64,000 nt of DNA from Candidatus Eremiobacteria bacterium (GCA_963737065.1 CAVTRC010000001.1:864001-928000); one strand, 5' to 3'; positions 9,459 to 20,562 are shown, counted from the first letter of the stretch. The notes: generated by a model not told the origin, from the sequence alone. Made by a program: numbers and translations.

Positions 9459-11318
9459 ATGGCAAAAGTGGTCGGTATCGACCTCGGTACGACCAATTCG
9501 GTCGTCGCGGTGATGGAGGGCAGCTCGCCCGTCGTCATTCCGAACTCCGAAGGTTCGCGTACTACTCCGTCGGTCGTCGCATTTACGAAGACCGGCGAAC
9601 GTCTCGTCGGTCAACTTGCGAAGCGTCAGGCGATCACGAATCCGGATCGCACGATCGCTTCGATCAAACGGCACATGGGCGAAGGCGATTACCGCGTCAA
9701 GATCGACGGCAAAGATTACACGCCGCAAGAGATCAGCGCGATGATCCTGCAAAAGCTCGTCAACGACGCGAGCAATTATCTCGGCGAACGCGTGACCAAA
9801 GCGGTCATCACGGTTCCCGCATATTTCAACGACGCGCAGCGTCAGGCGACCAAAGACGCCGGCAAGATCGCCGGTCTGGACGTGCTGCGTATCATCAACG
9901 AGCCGACGGCCGCTGCGCTTGCGTACGGCCTCGATAAAAAAGGCAACGAGACGATTCTCGTCTGGGACCTCGGCGGCGGTACGTTCGACGTGTCGATTCT
10001 CGAAGTCGGCGACGGCGTTTTCGAGGTCAAATCGACCAACGGCGACACCCATCTCGGCGGTGATGACTACGACCGCCGCATCGTCGATTGGCTCGTCGGG
10101 GAATTCCGTAAAGATCAGGGCATCGATCTGAGTAAAGACAAACAGGCGATGCAGCGTCTGACGGAAGCCGCTGAAAAAGCGAAGATCGAGCTTTCTTCGG
10201 TCGTGCAAACGTCGATTAACCTGCCGTTCATCACGGCCGATCAGGAAGGTCCGAAACATCTCGACTTCACGCTCACGCGTGCAAAATTCGAAGAGCTGAC
10301 CGCGGACTTGACCGATCGATGCGTTGCACCGTTCAAGAACGCGCTCGCGGATGCGAAGATCGACATCTCGCAAATCGACGAAGTCGTGATGGTCGGCGGT
10401 TCGACCCGCATGCCCGTCATCCAAGAGCTCGTCAAAAAGCTCACGGGCAAAGAGCCGAATCTCACGGTAAATCCGGACGAAGTCGTCGCGGTCGGCGCTG
10501 CGATTCAAGCCGGCGTGCTTGCCGGTGAAGTGCGCGACGTCGTTCTGCTCGACGTCACGCCGCTCTCGCTCGGTCTTGAAACGCTCGGCGGCGTCATGAC
10601 GACGCTCATCGAGCGCAACACGACGATTCCGACGAAGAAATCGCAGATCTTCACGACCGCTGAAGACGGTCAGACGTCGGTCGACATCCACGTGTTGCAG
10701 GGCGAACGGCCGATGGCGGGCGATAACAAGACCCTCGGACGGTTCCGTCTGGAAGGCATTCCGCCCGCTCCGCGCGGCGTGCCGCAGATCGAGGTGACGT
10801 TCAATATCGACGCCAACGGCATCGTGAACGTGAGCGCGAAAGATCTCGGAACGGGCAAAGAGCAACAGATCACGATCACCGCTTCAACCAATCTTTCGAA
10901 GGACGAAGTCGACCGCATGGTTCGCGACGCGGAAGCGCAAGGTGCAACCGATAAAGCGAAACGCGAAGAGGCCGAGGTGCGCAACAACTCGTCGAGCCTC
11001 ATTTACTCGACCGAGAAGTCGCTCAAAGAAGTCGGTGAGAAACTGGATGCCGGTGCGCGCGGCGAGGTGGAGACGGCGCTCGCGGATCTGAAGCGCGTTA
11101 GTGAAAACGGGACGGTCGAAGAGATCAAACCCGCAATCGAACGCCTGCAACAGGCGAGCTACAAGATGGCCGAGCTGCTTTACAAGTCTGCATCACCGAA
11201 CGGTGAGGCAGCCGGTGCCGGCGCAGGTGATGGTGCCGCCGCGGGAGCGGGCACAAACGGCAATGGCCAAGCGCCGCCCGAAGATGTCATCGACGCCGAA
11301 TTCAAGGAAGCGAAATAA
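9459..11318 (+). CDS. dnaK: Molecular chaperone DnaK
   Basis: [37 protein letters not shown]-terminal DAEF. Confidence 0.99.
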   Translation: MAKVVGIDLGTTNSVVAVMEGSSPVVIPNSEGSRTTPSVVAFTKTGERLVGQLAKRQAITNPDRTIASIKRHMGEGDYRVKIDGKDYTPQEISAMILQKLVNDASNYLGERVTKAVITVPAYFNDAQRQATKDAGKIAGLDVLRIINEPTAAALAYGLDKKGNETILVWDLGGGTFDVSILEVGDGVFEVKSTNGDTHLGGDDYDRRIVDWLVGEFRKDQGIDLSKDKQAMQRLTEAAEKAKIELSSVVQTSINLPFITADQEGPKHLDFTLTRAKFEELTADLTDRCVAPFKNALADAKIDISQIDEVVMVGGSTRMPVIQELVKKLTGKEPNLTVNPDEVVAVGAAIQAGVLAGEVRDVVLLDVTPLSLGLETLGGVMTTLIERNTTIPTKKSQIFTTAEDGQTSVDIHVLQGERPMAGDNKTLGRFRLEGIPPAPRGVPQIEVTFNIDANGIVNVSAKDLGTGKEQQITITASTNLSKDEVDRMVRDAEAQGATDKAKREEAEVRNNSSSLIYSTEKSLKEVGEKLDAGARGEVETALADLKRVSENGTVEEIKPAIERLQQASYKMAELLYKSASPNGEAAGAGAGDGAAAGAGTNGNGQAPPEDVIDAEFKEAK

Positions 11319-11325
11319 GTTTCGC

Positions 11326-11357
11326 CGGAGGGGCGAACCGCGCGGTTCATCCCTCCG
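11326..11357 (+). other. Intergenic stem-loop between dnaK and grpE
   Basis: CGGAGGG.CGAACCG/CGGTTCA.CCCTCCG stem with no U-tract. Confidence 0.55.
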
Positions 11358-11378
11358 ACTCGCTTATTACTATGCGAT

Positions 11379-11912
11379 ATGAACGATAACGAATTGATTA
11401 CGGAAGCCGGCGAGGCGACGATCGACGACGCGGCCAGTTCGAGTGCGGACGAATTGCGCTCGCAGCTCGATGTTGCGAACGCAAAAGCCGACGAGAATTG
11501 GAATAAGTATCTCCTCGCGATGGCGGACTTCGAAAACTACAAGAAGCAGATGGAGAGACGCGTGCAGATGATCGTCAATGATCATCGTAAGTCGGTACTC
11601 CTGCGGTTTCTCCCGGTGATCGACAATCTCGAGCGCGCGCTGCAGTTCAATGCATCCGGTGACGACAAGTTGCGCGGCGGCATCGAACAGACGCTCAAGG
11701 GATTCGAATCGGTCTTGAACAGCGAAGGCGTCAAAGCGATCGACGTGAAGGGCAAGCCATTCGATCCACGCGTTGCCGAAGCGATCGGTACGCTTCCTGC
11801 GCAGAACGGCGTCAGCGACGACATCGTCGTCGAAGTTGCGGAAAAGGGCTATAGCATGGGTGACGAGCTGGTGCGGCCCGCGAAGGTTCTCGTCGCCAAA
11901 ACGCCTGGATGA
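11379..11912 (+). CDS. grpE: Nucleotide exchange factor GrpE
   Basis: [25 protein letters not shown]...RPAKV; follows dnaK. Confidence 0.97.
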   Translation: MNDNELITEAGEATIDDAASSSADELRSQLDVANAKADENWNKYLLAMADFENYKKQMERRVQMIVNDHRKSVLLRFLPVIDNLERALQFNASGDDKLRGGIEQTLKGFESVLNSEGVKAIDVKGKPFDPRVAEAIGTLPAQNGVSDDIVVEVAEKGYSMGDELVRPAKVLVAKTPG

Positions 11913-12943
11913 ACTACAAAGACTACTACGCACTCCTCGGCGTTCCGAAAACTGCGCCCGAGAAAGACATCAAATCCGCGTACCGCAAGCTCGCGCGAAA
12001 GTGGCATCCCGATGCGAACCCCGACAATCCGAAAGAGGCCGAGGAGAAATTCAAGGAGATCTCGGAGGCGTACGAGGTACTCGGGGATCCGGAGAAGCGC
12101 AAGAAATATGACGTGCTCGGTTCGGATTGGCAGCGCGCCGCTCAGCAAGCCGAACAGCAACGCCGGTACCGCACGCGGTACAATCCGAACGATTTCCAAT
12201 TCGATTTCGGAACGTCCGGTCAAAACGCGGACGGTGGAGCAGGCGCGGGTCCGACGGGCTTTTCGGATTTTTTCGACATGTTCTTCTCCGGTATCGGACG
12301 CCGTCAAGGCACGCAGAGCGCCGGATTCGCGCAACGCGGACAAGATCTCGAAACGACGATCGAACTCTCGCTGCGAGACGTCTACGACGGCGGCAAGAAA
12401 GCCGTCTCGTTGCAGATCGAAGACATCTGTCCGCGATGCCGTGGCACCGGTACGGTTGGCACGCAACTGTGTCCGCAATGCGGCGGCACCGGCCATGTGT
12501 TGCTCACAAAGAAGTTTGAAGTCACGATTCCGAAAGGCATCGGCGAAGGGCAGCGGATTCGTCTCGCCGGTCAAGGCGGCGCCGGAACGCGCGGCGGTCC
12601 CAACGGCGATCTCTATTTGATCGTGAAAGCACTGGACGACTCAACGTACAAGCGCAAAGGCGACGATCTCTACGTCGATCTGCCGGTAAACCTCTACGAT
12701 CTCGTGCTCGGCGGCGAGGTCAAAGTGCCGACGATGAGCGGGCAAGTGACGATGACGATTCCCGAAGGTACGCAAAACAATCGCTTGCTGCGCTTGTCGG
12801 GCAAAGGGATGCCAAAAGTGAAAGGCGGCGGCGCCGGCGACGAATACGTTCGCTTGATCGGACAGCTGCCGCAGTCGCTGAACGACAAAGAGAAAAAGCT
12901 TTTCCGCGAACTGGCATCCATGCGGAACGGTAAAGCGAAATAA
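11909..12943 (+). CDS. dnaJ: DnaJ/CbpA-family J-domain co-chaperone with a single zinc site
   Basis: KDYY...HPD J-domain; FSDFF; two CxxCxGxG motifs; DnaJ C-terminal domain. Confidence 0.88.
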   Translation: MNYKDYYALLGVPKTAPEKDIKSAYRKLARKWHPDANPDNPKEAEEKFKEISEAYEVLGDPEKRKKYDVLGSDWQRAAQQAEQQRRYRTRYNPNDFQFDFGTSGQNADGGAGAGPTGFSDFFDMFFSGIGRRQGTQSAGFAQRGQDLETTIELSLRDVYDGGKKAVSLQIEDICPRCRGTGTVGTQLCPQCGGTGHVLLTKKFEVTIPKGIGEGQRIRLAGQGGAGTRGGPNGDLYLIVKALDDSTYKRKGDDLYVDLPVNLYDLVLGGEVKVPTMSGQVTMTIPEGTQNNRLLRLSGKGMPKVKGGGAGDEYVRLIGQLPQSLNDKEKKLFRELASMRNGKAK

Positions 12944-12952
12944 GGAGCCACG

Positions 12953-13321
12953 ATGATCAAAGAAATCGCCTACACCGCCTACCCTTCGGACAACGTTCAA
13001 TCCGCGCGAGAGTGGTACGAATCGACGCTCGGGTTGAAGTTTAGCGCGCCGTACGTTGAAGACGGCGTCGAAAAGTACAATGAGGCGCAGGTCGGCGACG
13101 GCTGGTTCAGCCTCATGACGACGGAGTGGATCACGCGCCCCGCGGGCAGCGGCGTCGGCGTCGTATTCGAAGTGGACAACATCGAAGAGACGGCGAAGCA
13201 ACTGCGCGACAAAGGCCTCACCATCGAAGACATCTACGAAACACCCGTCTGCAAAATCACGTCGTTCGAAGACCCCGAACGCAACAAAGTAAGCCTGCAT
13301 CAAAGCACGGTCCCGCGTTAG
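12953..13321 (+). CDS. VOC/glyoxalase family protein
   Basis: WYESTLGL, VFEVDNIE and FEDPERN motifs; AAGGAG RBS. Confidence 0.85.
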   Translation: MIKEIAYTAYPSDNVQSAREWYESTLGLKFSAPYVEDGVEKYNEAQVGDGWFSLMTTEWITRPAGSGVGVVFEVDNIEETAKQLRDKGLTIEDIYETPVCKITSFEDPERNKVSLHQSTVPR

Positions 13322-13509
13322 CTCTAACACTGTGCGGCGGCGAAGTCCCAGTTGAAACGGCGTGGTCCCGATACCAGGTTTAATACCGCGATGATGTTTT
13401 TTAGGGCCGCCCTCGGGGAATCACGGCCCGCCACCGCGGTTTATGCGGCCCATGGTCGGGGGGCCCCACGAAGTGGGGGGCGCGCAGGCTGGGCCGGAGC
13501 GCCTTCAAA

Positions 13510-15321
13510 ATGATGAGCGGGCATGGGCTTATGTGGTCGAATATGTATTCGCCCGATAAGCCGAAGGTTCGGCGACGAATCGAGTGGGCGCGTATCGCGC
13601 GGTTGTTTACACCGTACTGGAAACAACAGACGCTCGTGCTCGTCTGCATTATCATTGCGGCATTGCTCGGCTTGGTGCCTGGGCTAATGACGGCGGATAT
13701 CATCGACCGCGCGATTCCGCATCATAGTTTCCGCGAACTCGGAATCGACGTCGGCGTTATTCTCGCGACGGCGCTCCTTTCGATGGGCTTCGGCGTTTTG
13801 CAAGGGTATGTAAATTCGGTCGTGGGCGAAGGAATCATGAGAGACCTTCGCACGAGCCTCGTGTCGCATCTCCATCGGATGCCGCTCGAGTTCTTTACCG
13901 GCACGAAGACCGGCGAAATCATGAACCGCGTCTCGAACGACGTGGACAATATCGATAACGTCGTGACCGGCACGCTGACGACGATCATTACGAACATCGT
14001 GATGATCGTCACGACCGTGATCGCCATGTTCGTTTGGAATTGGCGTCTCGCGCTCATTTCGCTGATCATCGTTCCGTTTATGGTATTGCCGCTTGGCCCG
14101 GTCGGGCGGCGGATGTACCAGATCCGTAAGAAAACACGCGAGCAGCGCGATGAAATCGAATCGATCACGCAAGAGACGCTTTCGATCTCAGGTATCACAC
14201 TCATCAAGTCGTTTGCGCGCGAAGCCTACGAACGGTCGCGTTTCTACGACGTCGGCACGCGTTTGATGAATCTCGAGGTCCGTCTCGCGATGGTCGGGCG
14301 CTGGTTCATCGCGTCGGTGACTGCAATGGTAATCGTCGGTCCAGCGATCGTATGGCTCGGGGGTGGCTGGCTCGCCGTGCAACACTTGCTCGACGTCGGC
14401 GTCATCGTCGCTTTCATCGGTTACATTCAAGGACGGCTCTATGGTCCGGCCGCCGCGCTCGTCGGAGTGCAAGTGCAGATCGTGAGCGCGCTCGCGGTGT
14501 TCGAACGGATCTTCGAATATCTCGACATGAAGACCGAAGAGTACGACCCGCCGACGGCGGCCGTTCTGAACGCAATCAAAGGGTCGGTGGATTTCGATCG
14601 CGTGACGTTCGGCTACGACGTGACGCGCGACGTGCTCCAGGACGTTACCTTCCATGTCGATGCGGGACAAATTGCGGCGTTCGTCGGCCCTTCCGGTGCG
14701 GGCAAGTCGACCATCACGCAACTGGTCCCGCGATTCTATGACCCGCGACACGGACGCGTGCTCGTTGACGGGCACGACGTAAAGGCGGTAACGCTTGATT
14801 CACTGCGCCGCGATATCGGAATCGTCACGCAAGAGACGTATCTCTTTCACGATACGATCGCGTCGAATCTTCGCTACGCGAAACCGGACGCGACGCTCCA
14901 CGAACTGATCGCTGCCTGCAAAGCAGCAAACATCCATGTTTTCATCGCGTCACTACCGGAACAGTATGATACCGTTGTCGGCGAACGCGGCCACAAGCTT
15001 TCGGGCGGCGAACGCCAGCGCCTCGCAATTGCGCGCGTTCTGCTGAAAAACCCGAGCATATTGATTCTCGACGAGGCGACGAGCGCGCTCGATTCACATA
15101 ACGAAGCCGCGATTCAAGAAGCGCTGGAAGCGGTAATGCAGAACCGGACGAGCCTCGTAATCGCGCATCGGCTCTCGACGATCGTGAACGCCGACGTTAT
15201 CTTCGTCGTCGACGGTGGCCGCATCGTCGAAAGCGGTTCGCATGCGGTACTGCTGGCTCGAAACGGTCCGTACGCGCGGCTCTACCGCCGGCAATTCCGC
15301 GACGCTGCCGTCGGTCAATAG
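13510..15321 (+). CDS. ABC exporter, fused permease and ATPase (MsbA-like)
   Basis: TM domain; GPSGAGKS; LSGGERQR; LDEATSALD; IAHRLST. Confidence 0.95.
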   Translation: MMSGHGLMWSNMYSPDKPKVRRRIEWARIARLFTPYWKQQTLVLVCIIIAALLGLVPGLMTADIIDRAIPHHSFRELGIDVGVILATALLSMGFGVLQGYVNSVVGEGIMRDLRTSLVSHLHRMPLEFFTGTKTGEIMNRVSNDVDNIDNVVTGTLTTIITNIVMIVTTVIAMFVWNWRLALISLIIVPFMVLPLGPVGRRMYQIRKKTREQRDEIESITQETLSISGITLIKSFAREAYERSRFYDVGTRLMNLEVRLAMVGRWFIASVTAMVIVGPAIVWLGGGWLAVQHLLDVGVIVAFIGYIQGRLYGPAAALVGVQVQIVSALAVFERIFEYLDMKTEEYDPPTAAVLNAIKGSVDFDRVTFGYDVTRDVLQDVTFHVDAGQIAAFVGPSGAGKSTITQLVPRFYDPRHGRVLVDGHDVKAVTLDSLRRDIGIVTQETYLFHDTIASNLRYAKPDATLHELIAACKAANIHVFIASLPEQYDTVVGERGHKLSGGERQRLAIARVLLKNPSILILDEATSALDSHNEAAIQEALEAVMQNRTSLVIAHRLSTIVNADVIFVVDGGRIVESGSHAVLLARNGPYARLYRRQFRDAAVGQ

Positions 15322-15327
15322 CGTGCT

Positions 15328-16215
15328 CTAGTTATAGAGCGGTTCAATGGCTCCCATTCTGCCGGAGCGGAAGTCGCGGAAGGCCTCTTCCAGCTCTTGC
15401 GTTGAGTTCATAACGAAGGGACCGTAGCGCACCATCGGTTCGTCGATCGGACGCCCCGTGAGAACGAGAAATTCAAGCACGTCGTCTCCCACGTTCGTCA
15501 CCGGAATCACGTCGCCGCGTGGATCGAAGACAACCGCCGCACGCGCGTCGTACGTCCGGTCGCCGGCGAAACGCGCGGCGCCGCGCATGAGGTAGAGGAT
15601 CGCGGTGTCCCCGTCCGATACCGCGTGCTCGATCCGTGCACCGCGCGCTAAGCGGTAATGAACGAAACCGATCGGAATACGCGTCTCGGCGGCACCGTGC
15701 ACGCCCTGCGCCTGGCCCGCGATCACACGCGCCCACGCGAGGCCGTCTTCACTCGTCCACCTGGGAATCGTTTGCGCGCGCACGTCTTGATAACGAGGCC
15801 GCACCATCTTATCCGATTTCGGCAGATTGATCCAAATCTGGAAGCCGTGCTGCCGACCGCCTTCGCGCATCATGCGTTCCGACGGCATCTCTGCATGCAC
15901 GACACCGGCGCCGGCGGTCATCCACTGTACGTCGCCCGGATGCAATTCGCCGCGATGTCCGGCGGAATCTGCGTGCTGAAATTCACCGTCGATCATGTAC
16001 GTCACCGTCTCGAATCCGCGATGCGGATGATCGGGAGCACCGATTGCTTCGCCCGGCGCGTACTGCACGGGTCCAAGCTCATCAATCAACAGAAACGGAT
16101 CGACTTGCATCACGCCCTGCACCGGGAACGGCCGGTGAACGGTAAACCCGCCGCCCTCGACAAATTCGTGCGCGGGCAGAACGGCCGAAACTTTTCGAGG
16201 TGTCATGTCGGTCAT
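15328..16215 (-). CDS. Pirin family protein
   Basis: DPFLL; HPHRGFETVTY; QWMTAGAGVVHAE; YGPFVMN. Confidence 0.95.
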   Translation of the reverse strand: MTDMTPRKVSAVLPAHEFVEGGGFTVHRPFPVQGVMQVDPFLLIDELGPVQYAPGEAIGAPDHPHRGFETVTYMIDGEFQHADSAGHRGELHPGDVQWMTAGAGVVHAEMPSERMMREGGRQHGFQIWINLPKSDKMVRPRYQDVRAQTIPRWTSEDGLAWARVIAGQAQGVHGAAETRIPIGFVHYRLARGARIEHAVSDGDTAILYLMRGAARFAGDRTYDARAAVVFDPRGDVIPVTNVGDDVLEFLVLTGRPIDEPMVRYGPFVMNSTQELEEAFRDFRSGRMGAIEPLYN

Positions 16216-17136
16216 AACGCGTCCGGGCTGCAGTGGGCTTCAGACTCGCTGTACCCGGAAAACGCGTCTATGCGTTTTCTGCCCCCCATTGCCAAGTCGT
16301 TGTCATCCTTTTCGCCGACTCCGCCCGGATATCGAATGTCAGAACGTTTGAGGCTGCTTCGCTTAGATCATCAAACTGATCGATAGCACTCAGTGAGGAC
16401 GTGTCGGTAAGGTTGGTACGAGACGAGCATGCCGCCGCTAGTGACACCGGTCCTTGGCCGGGCTACGAGACGTCAGATTGCGCAGTCCGGCGCCACCGGT
16501 CCGATACTCGCGGGCTTTCGACCGACACGCCGACCCTTGCTACTTCACATACTAAGCGTGCTCTGTGAGGGATCCTATAGCGAGTGGCGCGAGAAAGTGA
16601 CTGGCCGACGTGTTGCGAGATTTACCTCAAGCTACGTGGAACGTGCCGCGCTTGCGAGCAGCCGCCTCATGAGCAAACTCGTTCCCGTTTCGACGCGCTC
16701 TTGGTCGCTGTTGACGTCCACGCGCTGAATCAAGCCGCACCTCAATTCGTCAGGTTCTGCACGTCAACGCTTGGACAGCACTCGCGGCAAGAATTATCAT
16801 TTCGTGCGGTGTGCGCGGTCGCCATCATGTTCCAGTAGACAAGTACCGCCGCCGTACTTCCTCGGTGGACGATCGTCGCGATGCAGTCCGCGACCCGGGT
16901 GACGTGTTTGAAGCGCTACGCGAGGCTGCCAACGGCACTTAGGAAAGGAACCGCCACAACGATGCGAAGCAGAAAACGCCTACGACGCAACTTGGCTCTG
17001 CGGCTTGTTCTATCACTCGCTTTTTGGCGTCATATCTGTCAATGTAGTGAAAAAGCGAGCCGACAACTGCTACAATTCGTGACAATGTATCAAACGTTTT
17101 GATGATCCACACCAAAACTGCGACGGATGTTCATAT

Positions 17137-17421
17137 ATGAAAGCAACTTGGGAACCGCACGAAAAGCATGGGCGCCTCACGGCGCAGAGTGACTTACCGG
17201 ATTCCGTCTTCGCTTTTCCAAAGCAGCGCAAAGAACCGCTCAGCGATGCAAGCCACGTGCGAAACGCAGTCGCGCGCTTCGACCAAGTGACGGACGTTTC
17301 CGATGAAGATCGAGCGTTAGCGTTTGCGAACATCGAAAAAGCTGCCAAATATTACGACGTCGATCTTTCCGAGACGTCCTGGAAGCAACTCGGCGTGCAT
17401 CCGCCGCACGGCGATCGCTAA
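17137..17421 (+). CDS. Small conserved protein (DUF6582-like)
   Basis: LPDSVFAFPKQRKEPLSDASHVRNAVARFDQV motif recognised from memory of this family. Confidence 0.75.
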   Translation: MKATWEPHEKHGRLTAQSDLPDSVFAFPKQRKEPLSDASHVRNAVARFDQVTDVSDEDRALAFANIEKAAKYYDVDLSETSWKQLGVHPPHGDR

Positions 17422-17434
17422 AGACGCCGCTTCT

Positions 17435-18106
17435 CTACGCGACGCCCGCCGGAATGTGCATGACGTTCAGCTTCTGAGGAACGAGCAATTTCGGTCCGGT
17501 CCCGGCCTGCACTTCTTCAACCGTTACGCCGGGCGCCAATTCCGTGAGCACCATACCGGTCGGCGTGATATCGATCGTGGCTAGATCGGTGATGATCTTC
17601 TGAACGACACGCTTTCCGGTCAGCGGAAGCGTGCAGACGTCGACGATCTTATGCGAGCCGCCCTTCGCGACGTGTTCCATCATGACGATGACACGCTTCG
17701 CGCCGTGCACGAGATCCATCGCGCCTCCCATGCCCTTGACCATCTTGCCGGGGATCATCCAATTTGCGAGATCGCCGTATTCCGAAACCTGCATTGCGCC
17801 GAGCACGGCGAGATCGATATGTCCGCCGCGGATCATCCCGAACGAGAGGGACGAGTCGAAGAACGACGCACCGGGAAGCACGGTGACGGTTTCTTTGCCC
17901 GCATTGATCAGGTCGGGGTCTTCTTCACCTGCGAACGGATACGGCCCCATGCCGAGAATGCCGTTCTCACTCTGCAGCGTAACCGTTATGCCTTCCGGCA
18001 CGTAGTTCGGAATCAACGTCGGCAAACCGATGCCAAGATTGACGTACTGACCGTCGCGCAATTCTTGCGCGACGCGCGCGGCTAGCTGAGTTCTCGTTAG
18101 AGGCAT
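17435..18106 (-). CDS. scoB: 3-oxoacid CoA-transferase subunit B
   Basis: [22 protein letters not shown]. Confidence 0.93.
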   Translation of the reverse strand: MPLTRTQLAARVAQELRDGQYVNLGIGLPTLIPNYVPEGITVTLQSENGILGMGPYPFAGEEDPDLINAGKETVTVLPGASFFDSSLSFGMIRGGHIDLAVLGAMQVSEYGDLANWMIPGKMVKGMGGAMDLVHGAKRVIVMMEHVAKGGSHKIVDVCTLPLTGKRVVQKIITDLATIDITPTGMVLTELAPGVTVEEVQAGTGPKLLVPQKLNVMHIPAGVA

Positions 18107-18107
18107 G

Positions 18108-18887
18108 TTATTTCAACTTACCTTTTAACCCTAAGCTTGTCGAAGGACGCGTCGTGACCCGTTCGATTCGTTTTCCTGACGGACCGACTTTGACGATCCG
18201 CTGAACGAAAATACCCGGCAAGTGGACTTGTTCGGGATCGATCTCGCCCGCATTGACGACTTCTTCCGCTTCGACGATCGTGATTTTTCCGGCCATCGCG
18301 CAAAGCGGATTAAAATTTCGCGTCGCTTTGTGGAAGATTAAATTTCCGGCGGTATCGGCAACCGATGCGCGCACGAGCGCAAAATCGCACACGATTCCTC
18401 GTTCCAATACGTACTCACGACCGTTGAAAATTTGCGTTTCCTTTTTCGGCGACGGCACCGCGACAGAACCGTCGGCGTTGTGTTTCCAAGGCAAGCCGCC
18501 TTCCGCGACGAGCGTTCCGACACCGGCCGGCGTGTAAAATGCCGGAATACCGCATCCGCCTGCGCGCAGCCGTTCTGCGAGCGTGCCTTGAGGAACGAGT
18601 TCGACTTCCAACTCACCGCTCAGGTACTGCCGCTCGAATTCCTTATTTTCGCCGACGTACGAACCGGTCGTTCGCCGAATGCGTTTTGCATCGAGCAATA
18701 CGCCGAGCCCCCACGCATCGACGCCGCAGTTATTCGAAACAGTGGCGAGATCGGTAGCGCCTTGTTTGAGGAGCGCTTGTATCAAATTGTGCGGAATACC
18801 GTTGAGTCCGAAACCGCCAACCGCAAGGGAAGCGCCGCTTGGAATATCGGCTACCGCCTCTGCGCAGGACGCCAAGACTTTATTCAT
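18108..18887 (-). CDS. scoA: 3-oxoacid CoA-transferase subunit A
   Basis: [32 protein letters not shown]. Confidence 0.93.
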   Translation of the reverse strand: MNKVLASCAEAVADIPSGASLAVGGFGLNGIPHNLIQALLKQGATDLATVSNNCGVDAWGLGVLLDAKRIRRTTGSYVGENKEFERQYLSGELEVELVPQGTLAERLRAGGCGIPAFYTPAGVGTLVAEGGLPWKHNADGSVAVPSPKKETQIFNGREYVLERGIVCDFALVRASVADTAGNLIFHKATRNFNPLCAMAGKITIVEAEEVVNAGEIDPEQVHLPGIFVQRIVKVGPSGKRIERVTTRPSTSLGLKGKLK

Positions 18888-18909
18888 CGCCGTGGAAGTT
18901 CTCCGGGCT

Positions 18910-20076
18910 ATGAGTATTGCCCCACCGCGTGCATACGAGTCCGACGAAGAAGCGATGATTCTCCAGATGGTGCGCGAGTTGGTTGCGGAAAAAGTCGCAC
19001 CGCGCGCCGCTCAAATCGACGAGAACGAAGAGTTTCCTCAGGACATCAAAGAGCTTTTCGCACAGAACGATTTGCTCGGCATCCCCATTCCCGCGGAATA
19101 CGGGGGCCTCGGCGGCACGTTCTTAACGTACGTGAAAGTCGTGGAGGAAATCGCGAAGGCATGTGCTTCCAGTTCGTTGATCGTTGCGGTTCAAGAATTG
19201 GGCATGCTACCGATCTTGATCGGCGGCAGCGAAGAACAAAAGAGACGCTTTCTTCCCGACATCGCGTCGGGCAGAAAAATTGCGGCGTACGCGTTAACCG
19301 AAGCCTCGAGCGGTTCGGATGCGCTCGGTTCGATGCGCACGCGTGCAGAGCGTAAAGGCGATTCATATGTCGTCAACGGGCAAAAGATCTGGATCACGAA
19401 CGGCAGCGTAGCCGACGTCGTGTGCGTTTTCGCCGTCACCGATCCGTCGGCAGGCTCTCGCGGTGTTAGCGCATTCGTCGTGGAGAAGGGTAGAAACGGA
19501 TTTAGCGTCGGGAAGAAAGAGCGCAAGATGGGCATTCGCGGTTCACCGACCGTGGAGTTGATCTTCGATAATTGCGAGGTTCCCGCGGCAAATCGTTTAG
19601 GCGACGAAGGCGAAGGCTTCAAGATCGCGATGAAAGTGCTCGATAAATCGCGGCCGGGCATCGGCGCGCAAGCGCTCGGCATTGCTGCGGGCGCGCTCGA
19701 GTACGCAACGAATTACGCAAAAGAACGCATCGCATTCGGCAAGCCGATCGGGCAACATCAGGGCGTCGGATTCATGCTCGCCGACATGAAGACCGAAGTG
19801 GAGTCCGCGCGGCTTCTACTGTACGAAGCAGCGCGCAAATGCGACGAAAACGCGTCCGACGTCACGCTTTGGGCATCGATGGCAAAACTGAAATGCGGCG
19901 ACGTCGCGATGTCCGTGACGACCGACGCCGTCCAGGTCCTCGGCGGTTTTGGGTACTCGTCGGAGTATCCGGTGGAGCGCATGATGCGCGACGCCAAAAT
20001 CACGCAGATCTACGAAGGCACGCAACAAGTCCAACGCCTCGTAATCTCGCGGGCAATGGTCGGCAAAGGGAAATAA
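18910..20076 (+). CDS. Acyl-CoA dehydrogenase
   Basis: [39 protein letters not shown]; start moved to ATG 18910 to avoid overlapping scoA. Confidence 0.93.
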   Translation: MSIAPPRAYESDEEAMILQMVRELVAEKVAPRAAQIDENEEFPQDIKELFAQNDLLGIPIPAEYGGLGGTFLTYVKVVEEIAKACASSSLIVAVQELGMLPILIGGSEEQKRRFLPDIASGRKIAAYALTEASSGSDALGSMRTRAERKGDSYVVNGQKIWITNGSVADVVCVFAVTDPSAGSRGVSAFVVEKGRNGFSVGKKERKMGIRGSPTVELIFDNCEVPAANRLGDEGEGFKIAMKVLDKSRPGIGAQALGIAAGALEYATNYAKERIAFGKPIGQHQGVGFMLADMKTEVESARLLLYEAARKCDENASDVTLWASMAKLKCGDVAMSVTTDAVQVLGGFGYSSEYPVERMMRDAKITQIYEGTQQVQRLVISRAMVGKGK

Positions 20077-20122
20077 TGGGCGCAGCGCGCCTCGCTTTCA
20101 AAGCGGGCGGCGGCGGATACGC

Positions 20123-20147
20123 GAACTTCCGCGCCGATCCTTGCGTT
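20123..20147 (+). promoter_or_regulatory. Possible ECF-sigma promoter
   Basis: GAAC-N17-CGTT upstream of the Lys-rich secreted protein gene; short motif only. Confidence 0.3.
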
Positions 20148-20220
20148 GTATAGAACGCACGGACCGCGTGCGGCTTCTTGGCCGCCGCGGTTATCTGTTG
20201 CTACGAAGGGAGGTGAACTC

Positions 20221-20535
20221 ATGAATAAGATGCTCGCATCACTCGTTGCCGCGGCGTTCCTTACGACCGGGGTCGCAATGGCAGCGTCCCCGGCCCCGAA
20301 GGGGGCGAAGACGACGACCAAGGCCACCGGGCACTCGACGAAATCCTCATCGATGAAGTCAACGAAGCCGATGAAGTCGGTCAAGCCGGCTCCGAAGGCC
20401 ACGACGAAGCCCGCGCTTCAGAAAACTGCTGCGAAGGCGACCGCAGCTCCAAAGCCGGCAAAGAACAAGAGCGGCAAGTCGATGAAATCGATGAAGTCGA
20501 CGAAGCCGGCTCCTAAGGCCACCAAGAAACCGTAA
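20221..20535 (+). CDS. Secreted Lys/Ala/Pro/Thr/Ser-rich low-complexity protein
   Basis: GGGAGGTG RBS; signal peptide ending AMA; repeated MKS.KP and KPAPKAT.KP. Confidence 0.8.
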   Translation: MNKMLASLVAAAFLTTGVAMAASPAPKGAKTTTKATGHSTKSSSMKSTKPMKSVKPAPKATTKPALQKTAAKATAAPKPAKNKSGKSMKSMKSTKPAPKATKKP

Positions 20536-20562
20536 CCCGTCCTTATATATCTAACCTCATAC

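Noticed and set aside
9363..10865. 500-aa ORF antisense to dnaK
   Set aside because: Well-known shadow ORF on the hsp70 antisense strand, often mislabelled as NAD-glutamate dehydrogenase; explained by codon bias
13345..13360. GTTGAAAC, similar to a CRISPR repeat end
   Set aside because: Single occurrence, no array and no cas genes
16383..16410. TAGCACTC resembling a CIRCE half-site
   Set aside because: The second half GAGTGCTAA is absent and the site is not upstream of a chaperone gene
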